Shown here: positions 36,875 through 49,600 of the stretch, piece by piece
Layout of the letters: the number at the start of each line of letters is the position of its first letter
Position numbering within the stretch: position 1 is the stretch's first letter
Notes under the pieces: generated by a model
The model's database searches: none
Told to the model about the DNA's origin: nothing
The model's input: the letters and a program-made list of their open reading frames with translations, nothing else
Made by a program: the position numbers and the translations under genes
Source: Sphaerodactylus townsendi
Taxonomy: Eukaryota
Length of the DNA stretch: 64,000 bases
Direction of reading: 5' to 3'
NCBI RefSeq assembly: GCF_021028975.2
Contig: NC_059430.1
Span: 78,430,001-78,494,000 of the forward strand

Positions 36875-39800
36875 ATGGTTTCTGGAACAGCGTTGGTTTA
36901 CGATGATGAAATGACCAGCCATAAACTACTTTGGGAGGAGTAAGTCATTTTGTTTTTCTAGCTTGCAGTTTGAATTATGGCAGTCATTTCTTTTAAAAGA
37001 AAAGAGTTTTAAGTAGAATCCTGTTTTCTGCTATGTGATGTTCAACTGAGTGTCAGCTTTTGGGTCTCTTACAGTGTTGTCCCAATAAAGCTTTCCCGAG
37101 AATAAGTCTCATTGAACAGACAGCACATAAAAAGCTTGAAAGTGTTAGGTCTGAGTAGGCCTGTATAGATTGCTCTACTAGACTACAGTGAGGCCTGTCT
37201 ACCTCAGCTCTGCCTTATTTGACCTTCTAATATGGTCAAAGGTCTGTTTTTATGGTTTATCTTTTTGTTCTGGGCTGGAATTTTAATACTTTTAATTAAT
37301 ATTTCTTCATTTTAGTTATTATCTTTAAAAATGACTAAACTGAGGCTGTTGTACTTTGGTCACATTATGAGAAAAGAGTCCCTAGAAAAGAAAACATAGG
37401 AAAATTGAAGACTGCAGGAAAAGAGGAAGACCCAACTTGAGATGTATTGACTATAAAGGAAGCCATGGCCCTCTGTTTGCAAGATCTGAGAAGGCTGTCG
37501 AAGGCTTTCACGGCCGGAATCACTGGGGTGCTGTGTGATTTCCGGGCTGTATGGCCGTGTTCTAGCAGCATTCTCTCCTGACGTTTCGCCTGCATCTGTG
37601 GCTGGCATCTTCAGAGGATCTGATAGTTGGAAAGGAAAGCAAGTGGAGTTTTCAGCCAGAAAAATCAGCAATAGCAGAACACATAATAAACCAACCTGGA
37701 CACAGAATATTATTTGAAAACACAGAAATTCTGGACCACTCTGACAACCACTACATCAGACTACACAGAGAAGCCATTGAAATCCACAAGCACATGGACA
37801 ATTTCAACAGAAAGGAAGAAACCATGAAAATGAACAGAATTTGGCTGCCAGTTTTGAAAAACACTAGAGTCAAGACAGTGACTAATCAGCTCCACACAGA
37901 CACAGGATGACTAAAGACAATCAAAGGGAACAAAGGCCAGACTACTTCTATTCCAATACCTCACCTATTGACCTTGGTATCTCCATTGTTACTCACATGC
38001 TACACTTCATGGTTACTCTCTTGCCAGGCCATTCCCATTCAGATGCCCTCACCTATTGACCTTTACTCACAGGTATATATACTCCACTTGCTTTCCTTTC
38101 CAACTATCAGATCCTCTGAAAATGCCAGCCACAGATGCAGGCGAAATGTCAGGAGAGAATGCTGCTAGAACATGGCCATACAGCCCAGAAACCACACAGC
38201 ACCCCTCTGAGAAGGCTGTTCGATAGACTATTGTGGACATTAACTCATAGGCTCTCCATAAGTCAGAAGCAACTTGAGCACACTTAACAGACCTATGAAG
38301 TTTGGTTTTTACTGTTTTTATTTTGTAAACCTTGGTTGCTGGAGAGCTGGCATAAAATTTTGTAAACAAATAAACATAGCAATCCTATACAGAATTTGTG
38401 CCGTCAGGTTGCAACTGACTTACTTATGACAACCCAGTAGGTCTTTTAAGGCAATAGACCAACAGAGGAAGTTTGCCAGTGCCTTCCTCATCATAACAAC
38501 CCTGGTATTTCTTGGTAGTCTCCCATTCAAATACTAACCAGTGTCAACCCGGTTTAGCTGCTGAGATCTGATGAGATTAGGCTAGGCTGGGCAATCTGGT
38601 ATTACATTCTGCATTCTTATATTCTAAGACTACTGACCTCAATAGAAGGGTGTATTTCCTACTCAGAATTACACCCTTCTATTGAAATCAGTGGTCTTAG
38701 AATAATGAAATTCTGCTTATAGTGAACAGACATGACAGACATTATGTTGGGGAGCCAGCATTCTCAAACTCAGCATGGCCCAATTGGACTCTAGAACAAA
38801 ACATAATTGAAGTGCCTCTTCCCACTGTGTCATGATTCTGAGCTGAATTGGGCCTTGGATTGCTTGGGAACACTAATTCCCTGATACAGTTCCCTAATAC
38901 GGGCTTTATTTGTTGTCTTGTTTAGCCCCATTTGTGCCATTGAAATCCCAGAGAGGCTTTCTTCCTGCTTCAACAACCTCCAGCGCTACAGTCTGGTTGA
39001 ACGATGCCTGGCTGTACCTGTCCGAGAAGGAACGGAAGATGAGATCACATTGGTCCACAGGTCTGCTGTAATGGATTTCCTCCATGGTTCATATTAGTGA
39101 AATAATAAGAAAGTCATTTGCTCCTCGGTTTAATGATTTTTTTGTTCAGTGGACCTACAAAATATAAAAACAGTATCTTGTACAACATATATCATACATC
39201 CAATTCAGTTAAATAGAAAAAACATATTTCTAAAACCTGTAACATTTACTATTCATAATTATACATTCATAATTTTACTGCTGCTGATGTCTTAAATCTA
39301 ATTTTTCCCGATAGTTCAGAAAGAGAGAGAGCATGGTGTCCGCTCCATACACATCTCCTGCGTTCAATGTAGCAAAATGCAAAGTGATGCACATAGGGGC
39401 AAAAAATCCAAACTTCACATACACGCTACAAGGGTCAGTTCTATCAATCACAAACCAGGAAAGGGATTTGGGCGACTTAGTGGATAGTTCCATGGGAATG
39501 TCAACTCAATGCATGGCAGCTGTGAAAAAGGCAAACTCTATGCTGGGGATAATTAGGAAAGGAATTGATAATAAAACTGCAAGGATTGTCATGCCCTTAT
39601 ATAAAGCCGTGGTGCGACCGCACTTGGAGTGCTGTGTTCAGTTCTGGTCGCCACATCTCAAAAAGGATATTGAAGAGATAGAAAAAGTGCAGAGAAGGGC
39701 AACGAGGATGATTGAGGGATTAGAGCACCTTCCTTATAAGGAGAGGCTGCAGCGTTTGGGGTTCTTTAGTTTGGAGAGGAGACATCTGAGGGGGGATATG

Positions 39801-42800
39801 ATTGAAGTCTATAAAATTATGCATGGGGTAGAAAATGTTGACAGAGAGAAATTTTTCTCTTTCTGACAATGCTAGAACCAAGGAGCATTCATTGAAAATG
39901 CTGGGGGGAAGAATTAGGACTAATAAAAGGAAACACTTCTTCACGCAACGTGTGATTGGTGTTTGGAATATGCTGCCACTGGAGATGGTGATGGTCACTA
40001 ACCTGGATAGCTTTAAAAGGGGCTTGGACCGATTTATGGAGGAGAAGTCGATTTATGGCTACCAATCTTGATCCTCCTTGATCTCAGATTGCAAATGCCT
40101 TAGCAGACCAGGTGCTCAGGAGCAGCAGCAGCAGAAGGCCCTTGCTTTCACATCCTCCATGTGAGCTCCCAAAGGCACCTGGTGGCCTCTGCGAGTAGCA
40201 GAGTGCTGGACTAGATGGACTCTGGTCTGATCCAGCAGGCTAGTTCTTGAGTTCTTATGTTCTTATGTTACTAAACATCTCTTGCACCTTACTTTTTTCT
40301 CCCGGATTTTCTTACATATTGTGATTTTATTCATCAGCACAATATGCCATGTTAATGCAATAGGCTTGGCTGCTTGCAAGCTTCTGTTTGTGCTGCCACA
40401 AAAAGATTTTTAAGCACATACTTTTTCTTTGTGGTGCATCTTCAGACAAAATACTTAGGTGAGCTTTCGTTCCTTATTAAAGGGCCTTAAAGTTGAAATA
40501 TACCATTTGTTATTTATAAGAAAAGAATATGGCTTTAGGCCAATTGCGCTTGGGTGGGGAATGGCTGAATAGAACATACCCTCTTGTGGGAAACAGGGAA
40601 ACCTACACAAGGTCAAAACAGAAAATTAGGCCCTTTAAGTCTTTCTCCATAACTTTGGCCCCCCTGAACCAAACTGCACCAAACCTGGGGAGTATCATTA
40701 GGGCAGTCTCCAGATGATACCCTGACATTTTGGTGCCAATACATCAAAAAATGCGCCCCCTGCAGGAACATCCCAGAAATTTGCCCAAGAATCTTTGTTC
40801 TGCATTGAGTTTTCTGCATTTCTGTCAATGGGGGTTGCAGGCTGCGGGGGGTGGGGGGGGCATTTCTGAAGGCACAGTTTCAAAACTTTCAGGGTCTCGT
40901 CAGGAGACTGCCCTAATGATACTCCCCAGGTTTGGTGCAGTTTGGTTCAAGGGGGCCAAAGTTATGGACCGTGCCCCCATTCCCCATTCTTTCCAATTAG
41001 AGCTAAGGAGATGGGGCTACCCTTTTGAGGGTCCATAACTTTGTCCCCACTGAACCAAACTGCACCAAACTTGGGGGGTAGCATGAGGACAGTCTCCTGA
41101 TGAGACCCTGAAAGTTTTGGTGGCGATATGTCTAAAAATGCACCCCCTGCAGGCACCAGTGACCTGGTGTAAAAAAAAATTTGGGGTCATGGTGGAGTGG
41201 CTGCCCATGCGGGGGGGCATCCAACTCAGGTTTTGCACAGGGCTCCAGTTTGCCTCGTTACGCCCCTGAATCTTACAATTTGTTTTAGGCTTGTAACCTT
41301 GAGACTTGTTTGAGCTCTCAGTTAGTGGGTGTCTGTTTGAGCCATCTGGGGACTATCACTGAGGTTCAGAAGCAGTTGCTTGTGTTTTGGGGTCACTATC
41401 ACTTGACTGTCTGGCCACCATAACTGATGTGTTCTTCACCTGAACTAGCTTTTAAGCATTGAAAATATTTTCCTCTTTCAGTTTGAATTACTTGGAGGTT
41501 GTGAAAAATACTCAGAATATGGATGAAGAAGAACTCCACAAAGTCTCGACTAATTATGATGCTGTTTTCTTTCATCCAGTATGTATACATGATAATGGTA
41601 ATTTTATATCAGAGTTCATATGTCTTAACCTTCCTATGTGGTTTTCTGCATTTTGAATTGCTTTTCCTATTCAGCTTAGTAGCACGCTGTCAAGAAACTA
41701 GTAACAGACTGCATATTGGGGAATCTTGTGACTTTTTCACTATGCTTTCATTGTAAGAGTTGCAAGGAGCAAAATCACAGCAGGGCTATCTGAATGCATG
41801 GATGTGAGCAACTTTAATAGCAACAGTTCCTCCCTGTTCATCAATCCTATTTGCCTGCTTACAAATCACTCACTGTTAACTGGCAAGTAGAAGCTGTGCA
41901 TTCTGTGCAATTAAGGTACAAGGCTGCATCATAGCCATCTGGCCTGTAGTTCAGTCTAAGCCACATTTATCGACTGATGCCAGTTTTGCACTTCAATTGA
42001 GACTAGTTCTCTGCCACACTGAAGCTCAGAAAGGTGTAGCAAACACACTGGGTGACCCATCATGCACACTCAACCCTATGTACCTCACAAGGCTGTTGTA
42101 GGAATACAATGTAGGTGTGGAGAACAGTTTAAGCCACTTTGGATGCCCATTGGGGAGAAAAATGAAGTTTAAATTAAGTAACTAAATAATGCTTATTGTT
42201 TGTACCACCGTGGTTCTCTTGGAGCTCTGTCTTGAAGGTCGGTAGTTCTCACTTTCAGGCCATGGAATGTCCCCTGCAGCCACAGTGGAATGCTTTAGAG
42301 AAGACCCTGCACATTGAGTACAAAGCTCAGTCCCATATTAATTGAAGTGAGCAGCATAGAAATTGAAAGCTCACCTAAAATGCTACAAGCTGTTGTAAAG
42401 CGAATAGTGCTTAACTGAGAGATTAGCAAAGGAGATTGAGAGATGGCCAAAGATGACCAAACAAGTTCTTGCAGTTTAGTGAACACCTTGTAGTCTTAGA
42501 GGTAAAAACTGTCATCGTAGCACTTTTTCATTCATTGACCTTTAATGGCATAAGTAAAATTTTACATCAAGAGCTCAGTTAAAATACAGTAGGCAAAATT
42601 GAAACAAGGAATCCAGCAATATCATTGGTCCGACTTTTACTAGTATCATTTAGAAACAGTAATTCCTAAATTTGAAGTAGGTGGGAGGCTATTAATATGG
42701 AGTTCTATATATTGGCTTCTCTGAACTTTATGTTTAGTAGCACTTAAAAGATTTTAATTTTTTAATTTAGTTTATTTATAGCCTACCTTTCTTACTTTTA

Positions 42801-45800
42801 CCCAAGGGAGGTTACAGCATCCCAAAAGAGAAAAATGTCACTATACAGTATAGAATCTCTGATGAACAATTCAATAAGACCAGAAGTACAAAGTCAGAGG
42901 ATAGTGAAAAGTCATTTTGGGGACAGCGCTGACTGCATGATAGCTGACAGGACCAGGGGTGCTGTGGAAGTTCACAGGTAGAATCTGAGTAGTAAAAGGG
43001 CCAAAGGAGAAAGTAATCCAAGGAAATGAATGCAGTGGTGCAGAAATAGCTAGGCAGCTGAAGATGAAAATTATTACCCCTTGCTTTGTAATTTGTGAGA
43101 AGTCTGAGGGCTATTCCACACTTTATAAAGTCCCTGTCCACTAGAGGTACTATTGGAAACATGTTTGAGTAGTTCCTTGCCTAGAACTTAATTCCCAGAT
43201 GTATGTAGGTTTGATTCAGATTGGGCAGGCAGAGTGGACAGGCCCATTGCTATTTTCTTGACCTGTAATGTCCCCAGGAAGCCACCCCTTGACCCATTGA
43301 GGAAACTAATGTGTAATTTATCAGCCCATCAGTAAAGGTAGGCTTCCTCAATGATGCAAGCAGTAGCTGCCTGGGGCTATTTCAGTTTGGGAAGACAGCA
43401 TGGGGAAGGAAAGGATTAACTCCAATGAGGAGGGAAAGGATTAACCCATGTGACATAGTCCTTCTGAGTCTGGCTCCTGTGTATTTCGTTATTAAGTTCC
43501 AGGCACAGAAGTTGAAATGTGCATCTGTTGACAGAACCCACAATGGGCATTTGGGAGGGGGGGCAGGGCAAGGTGACATTCTAACATGTGAAGTTACCAT
43601 AAGTCTTTAGGAGATCTCCAATCTTAAGAATTGTCTGGGATTTCAAAGGCCTGCCAAAAAATCACATTATAGCTGGATGAGATATGTAAAATAAGCACAA
43701 CGTTTATGCCTTTGTATGCAGGCACACTGTAGCAATTCCTGTTAAATGTAACATGGTCAGCATTATCTTTTTAATTTCACTAATGAATTTCCCCAGACCA
43801 CATATCACTGTGCCAAGTTAGCTGTGGGAGCAACGCTGCAGCTGGTAGATGCTGTGATGTCAGGAACAACATGTAACGGGATGGCTTTAGTAAGGTAACA
43901 GTTTTGTAAGTGCCTAACAACGTAAAAATCCTTCACTACCTCTAGTTCGGTTTAATGAAGAAACTAAGTTATGTTTTCTTACAGGCCCCCAGGTCACCAC
44001 AGCCAGAAAAATGCTGCCAATGGTTTTTGTGTGTTCAATAATGTTGCTATTGCAGCAAAATATGCCCAAAGGAAATACGGTGTACAGAGGTAAAGTCGAT
44101 GTCTATTGGTCCATATTTATTTCACATTGTAAGGCTTTCCAGCTCTTAAAGTGACGGTTGTTGTTTCATGCAGGGTTCTCATTGTTGACTGGGATGTGCA
44201 TCATGGACAAGGAATTCAATATATATTTGAGGAAGATCCAAGGTTTGTCCTTTGCTTGTTTGTGCACTCTGGAGCCACCTTGTCAGGGCACAGTGAGCCC
44301 AGGCCCAGTGCAAATGAGCTAAACATGATGAGACCTTTACCCATATTTGGTCTGTCCCAGCAGAACTTTTTCCTAAGGTAAGGGAAGGAGGGGAAGACAA
44401 AGGCAGGCATTAAGTTCTTGAATACAGGAGTACAGGTAATGTTTATTTAGCTCCCACAAGGAAAAAAACTATCCCAATGTATTCCATTCATACACAGGTG
44501 TGCCTCCATACACACCTAGGCTAGCTTTATAGGCTTCTGACACAGTGTGAATTGAGGAATCCTGTTAGGTAGTGAATGCAGTTCTGCTCTTCCCTTGCTT
44601 TTTGATGGGTTTATACCTATTTGTGTCTCAGACCCCACATGGTTTGCATCCTTCTCCTTTCTAGGAACAGGATCAGCAGATTCAAGTGGGAATTGCTTCA
44701 GCTTTCTTGGGTCCCCCCTGTATTTTTCTCTCCCATTTGAACGGGGCCACTTGGCACAATACCTGTATTGCTTAATAAACCCTGTTCAAAGGAGAGCCAT
44801 AATGCTCGCCAGGTTTAATGTTATGCCTTCTGCCTTGTTACATGGCAGATTTAATAAGCAAGAAAAGGCTAAAAGATTGTGCCCATGTAACGATGGCTCA
44901 GTTGAATCTCTGGCTGATCTAGCTTTCTTGGGAAAAAATGGCCTTCTCTTTGAGATAGCCTGGTGAAAACTGCTTTTTTTCTTATCTGAAGGTTGTGGTG
45001 GGCCGATTCTGGAGACTTGGTGACACCTGATCCAGGGTCACTGTCAGTATCTCAGCCAAAGGTTGCCTGTACAATAGCCAGGATACCATTATAGAAGGGC
45101 TGCAGTGGAGGAGATAGTCATATGTAGTGTCCTTTTGAGTTCCGTGAAAAATGGGGAAATAATTGTCCACTTGTTAAAGCTTATCATTGCAAGCCTTCAA
45201 GCGGACATAATTGCACCCAGCCACACTTATCTACATGTTTATGCCTTCAGCCTAACATTCCATGAAACAAAGATCAGCCAGTAATGAGAAACACAGGCTA
45301 GCAGGTAGAGTTTTTAAAAACATTTTTGGGCTTCCCACTCCTCGGGATAGCCCTCTGGAGTGGGCAGAACGGCGCTCAAGCAGTGCCGGCCCCATCCACC
45401 CAGCAGCTCTGGATGGAGCTGTAATAATGCTTTTTAACAAAACACAGTCTTCAGTTGTAAATGTGTATGTTATTAAACCAAATTATCAATGTGTCTGTAT
45501 GTATTAATTTTAAAAATATGATCAGTTAGCAATTGTGTATTTTTTGTTTTCTGCCCAGTTTTTGAAAAAGAAGAATTTTCATCCGTTTTTGTGTGTCTAG
45601 TTTTTACCTTGAAATTCTTCTGGAAAACACTGTCTTTTTTCATGCAAGGGTATATAGTAAACCATTTCTAAGGTTGACCTTTGTTTAGCCCAGAGAATAA
45701 AATTCTGGGCTTGTGGATGTTAGCTGGTCTGGTAGGAGATTAACAGTATAATCCTTTGATGATTTACTCTAGTGTAAGCCTGTTGATTTCAGTGGGCCTA

Positions 45801-46589
45801 GATTGAAGTTACTCTGCACAAGATTGCACTGTCACCCTTGGAGAAAATGGCTTATTGATTTCCAAAATGGGAACAATCATGGGGGAACTATCTGTGGTTC
45901 TTATGACAACAAGTACTAGTTGTAAAATATGTTGTACAAATTATGTACTACAGATTCATTTTCCTTGGTGATCCAGCATGATAAAATGTTTCATTTGAGT
46001 TTTAATGCTTACTTTTGTTTGACTCTTTCTTTCAGTGTTCTTTATTTTTCCTGGCATCGGTTTGAACATCAGAGATACTGGCCTTCCCTCAGAGAATCTA
46101 ATTATGATGCGGTTGGTCGGGGGAAAGGAATGGGATTCAATATAAATGTACCCTGGAATAAGGTGAACCTTACTTAATAGCACAGTAACGTAAAAAACAT
46201 AAGAAATTTCCTTCTGGTTCATACTAGTGGTTCTTTTAATTCAGTTGTCCTTTTTCATATAGTGGTCAACCAGAGGCGTAGCTGGGCCAAACTGCGCCCG
46301 GAGCAGACTCTGTGTTTTCCACACACCCCAACCTCCCGTGCCCCCCCACCCCCCACCGGCGGCCTTCCCCTCTACTTACCTTAGTTCAGCCTGAAAAAAA
46401 TTCAGGCTGAGAAACCAGCCTATTCAGTTCAGGCTGCAAAAAGCACCCTGGTGGGAACTTCATTTCCCAGGAGCCGTTGGGGCTCACAAGGTCTCCTGGG
46501 TAGTGTAATTCCCACCAGGATGTTTTTTGCAGCCTGAACTGAATGGGCCAGTTTCTCTGCCTGAACTTTTTCAGACTGAACTAAGGTAA

Positions 46590-46646
<57 letters not shown>

Positions 46647-49600
46647 CCATGGGGGGAGGGGTCAGGGGACGATTTTCCGCCCTTCAGGCATGCACCTGGT
46701 GCGTGGTGCACCCCCCGTCCCCTTATAGCTTTGCTACTGTGGTCAACAAGTTGTCCTGGAGGACCAAGAAACAGGGCATAGAAGTCCAGGCCATTCCCTG
46801 ACGTTGCCTTATAGAACTAGTATTCAGGATTTTATTGTCCGTGGGTATGGAGATTCCCCTTAGTCACTATGGCTTGTAGCCCTTGTGCTCCATGAATCTG
46901 TCTAATCTCCTTTAAAGCCATCTGTGCCCAATGGTACTGACTTGCAAGTTTATTGACTTAATGAATGAAGAATTTCTTCTCATTTTTATAGGTCTCTGTC
47001 ATATTCCTCCCACTTCCTTAGTCACCATTTTTTTCAAATCTGAATAAATCCCCAACACTGTACCCTTGCTTTATAGGAAAGATTTTCCAACACCTTAATA
47101 ATATTGGTTGACATGGCAGTAAGCTCTAAAGTGGCACCTCTTGCACATGCTAATGGATTTCCCAGAAGGTGGTGTACTAAAAATAAGTAGAACTATCCCT
47201 GTTCCATTTCTTCTTGTATGTTGTCATTTGTGTGCTTACTTGTGTGCTAATTTTATGCATAATACCTTCCCCATTCATAAGAACATAAGAACTAGCCTGC
47301 TGGATCAGACCAGAGTCCATCTAGTCCAGCACTCTGCTACTCGCAGTGGCCCACCAGGTGCCTTTGGGAGCTCACATGCAGGAGGTGAAAGCAATGGCCT
47401 TCTGCTGCTGCTGTTCCCAAGCACCTGGTCTGCTAAGATATTTGCAATCTCAGATCAAGAAGGATCAAGATTCAGCACACAATGTTAGGATATGGCCATA
47501 TTGATAAGGGCAGAAGCCACAGCTCTGCCTTTCTATATCAAGCTTGCCATTTTCTGTAAGATCTTAATAGAATCTCCAGAATGGTTGACTGCTGTCTTTA
47601 AAAATATTGTTATTATTATAGAAGAAGGGGGGGAATGTTGTTTTTCCTTGCCAGGAAACTACCTTATACTAAGGATTCCTTGGTAAATATCCACCACTCA
47701 AGGACATCTAAAGAACATCTAGATCAGTCAGGGTGAGCCTATTGAGTTCAGAGTGTCAAAAATTCACACACACATATCCCGCCAAATAAAAGAGTCACAA
47801 TTCATTACATATTCATGTATTTAAAAAATACATTGCAATCATGTTTGGTGGTGTATTATATAAAAGAAATGTCAAATAATTATAAAAATTACTCAGACAG
47901 GGAGAATAGTTGTTGTTGGGTGTTGATGAATGCTGGTGTGTTGTTGCAAATGTTGTGGTGTGTCACCCTTGACACACGTGTTACAGGTTTGCCATCACTC
48001 GACTAGCACATTGAGAAGGCATTCCTTTAGTATGGTACTAAAGCAATGATGAAGTGACAGGGCAGAAACCCTAGCAAATACCTTAATGGTCGATTATATA
48101 GGGTTATGTGGTGTAGCACACAGGAAAAACAGAGAAATATCACATAGAAGTAAATTGCAATAAGTGAAGCCAATAACAATTATCATTGCTCTTTGCTTTG
48201 CAGATTGGGATGAAAAACTCTGATTATTTAGCTGTATTTCTTCATGTGTTGCTTCCAGTGGCATTTGAGGTAACTTTTTCTTTATCCTTACAAACAGCAT
48301 TTACATCATAAAAAAGTGTCTAAAAGCTGTTGAACCATAATCTTGGTACTAAGAAATAATGTGTCAATTTCCCAGGTGTCAAAATAAAGGAAAACAAGTG
48401 AAGTTTCAATTTGATATTGTTTCTAGAAGTAGTGTTTGTGTGAACCATGGCAACTGTTGGATGAAAAATGTCATCTGTGTTTAGCTGGTATGACCTCCCA
48501 CCACCAAATATGCAGATTTGTTATTAGGAGGCCTTGAGGTGTGTTAATACTTTGAGTGGCTGCTTATAGGTTCCAAACAGGTTTACTGTGGGCAGGACAG
48601 TGTCTATTGCACAGCAACAAAATCTGCATTTAGCATTTGCAGTGCTCAATGATGTGACAACAAAACTAATGATGACAAGCAGTAAAGAGAGTTTTTACAA
48701 AGATTTTAGAAAGATTGCACAGATGCAAAAGAAGGAAATTTATTGTCTAGTGCCCCATACCCCTAGAAACGTTTGATTAATGTTTGCACACCCTACAAAA
48801 GCAATATCACATTTGAAAATGAAGAAGTCTAATTTCTAATTTTTGAACCACAAATTCAACCACGTACAATACTGTGGAGGAATAAATTGAACTTAAAAAA
48901 TAAGATAAATATTCCATTATGTGGGTTCTCAATCTAAATATTCCATTATGTGGGTTCTCAAGAAATATGGTAAGATATTTGCTCCTGTATTCTTTACCTG
49001 ACACTTGTTATCAAAAGTCACAGTATAATCTAATTCTTTCTGAATTACTATCAGTTGTTTTGTTGGAATACAAAATGGCACATAACTATATCTTAATTGA
49101 CAAGTTTGGTTTTTTCTTGTAAATCACAGTTTGATCCAGAGCTTGTTCTGGTCTCTGCTGGTTATGATTCTGGAATTGGTGATCCAGAGGTAAGGAATTG
49201 ATAGAGTCTCTCCCCCGCACCCTGGTGTCCTTTTTCCTGAATATAGTTTTTAAAACTCCACATGTAAGAAGGAGGGATATAGTGATGTAGTTGCATGGTC
49301 ATGGAAAGAAGCTATTCTATTAAAAAAATAATTCAAAGGGAATATACAACATGAAAGTCCTGAATTAGCAGTCATCAAAAATAAAACACTACTTATCATC
49401 TTGACTGAAAAAGAGATTTGGATAATCTTGCTACAGCTGTAATAGACAGGACCACTTTTTAGCAACTTAAACTGATGGTTCCTAACATATCATATTATAA
49501 CCTTGTAGTGATATCAGTAGTTTTTTTTAAGTTCGGAAAGCTTCTTCCTGATCAGTTGTATTTATCCTCCTTCATAACATTATTTGTTCCCCCTCTGACC

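Larger units (their letters stand above)
37497..38205 (+). mobile_element. Penelope-like retroelement: inverted terminal repeat, GIY-YIG endonuclease C-terminus, direct terminal repeat
   Basis: 37653-37910 is an uninterrupted frame [56 protein letters not shown]...*. Arms about 37528-37649 and 38081-38205 are inverted repeats. Direct repeat TCTGAGAAGGCTGT (37485-37498, 38206-38219) is the TSD. Confidence 0.9.
37325..38292 (+). mobile_element. RTE-clade LINE 3' fragment split by the Penelope insertion
   Basis: 37325-37484 encodes a decayed [18 protein letters not shown]...RKRGRP-like RTE C-terminus; resumes after the TSD at 38220 with the 3' tail CATAAGTCAGAAGCAACTTGA. Confidence 0.65.

Noticed and set aside
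38500-38595. 5S rRNA gene
   Set aside because: Truncated, diverged and fused to a retroposon tail; treated as a SINE.
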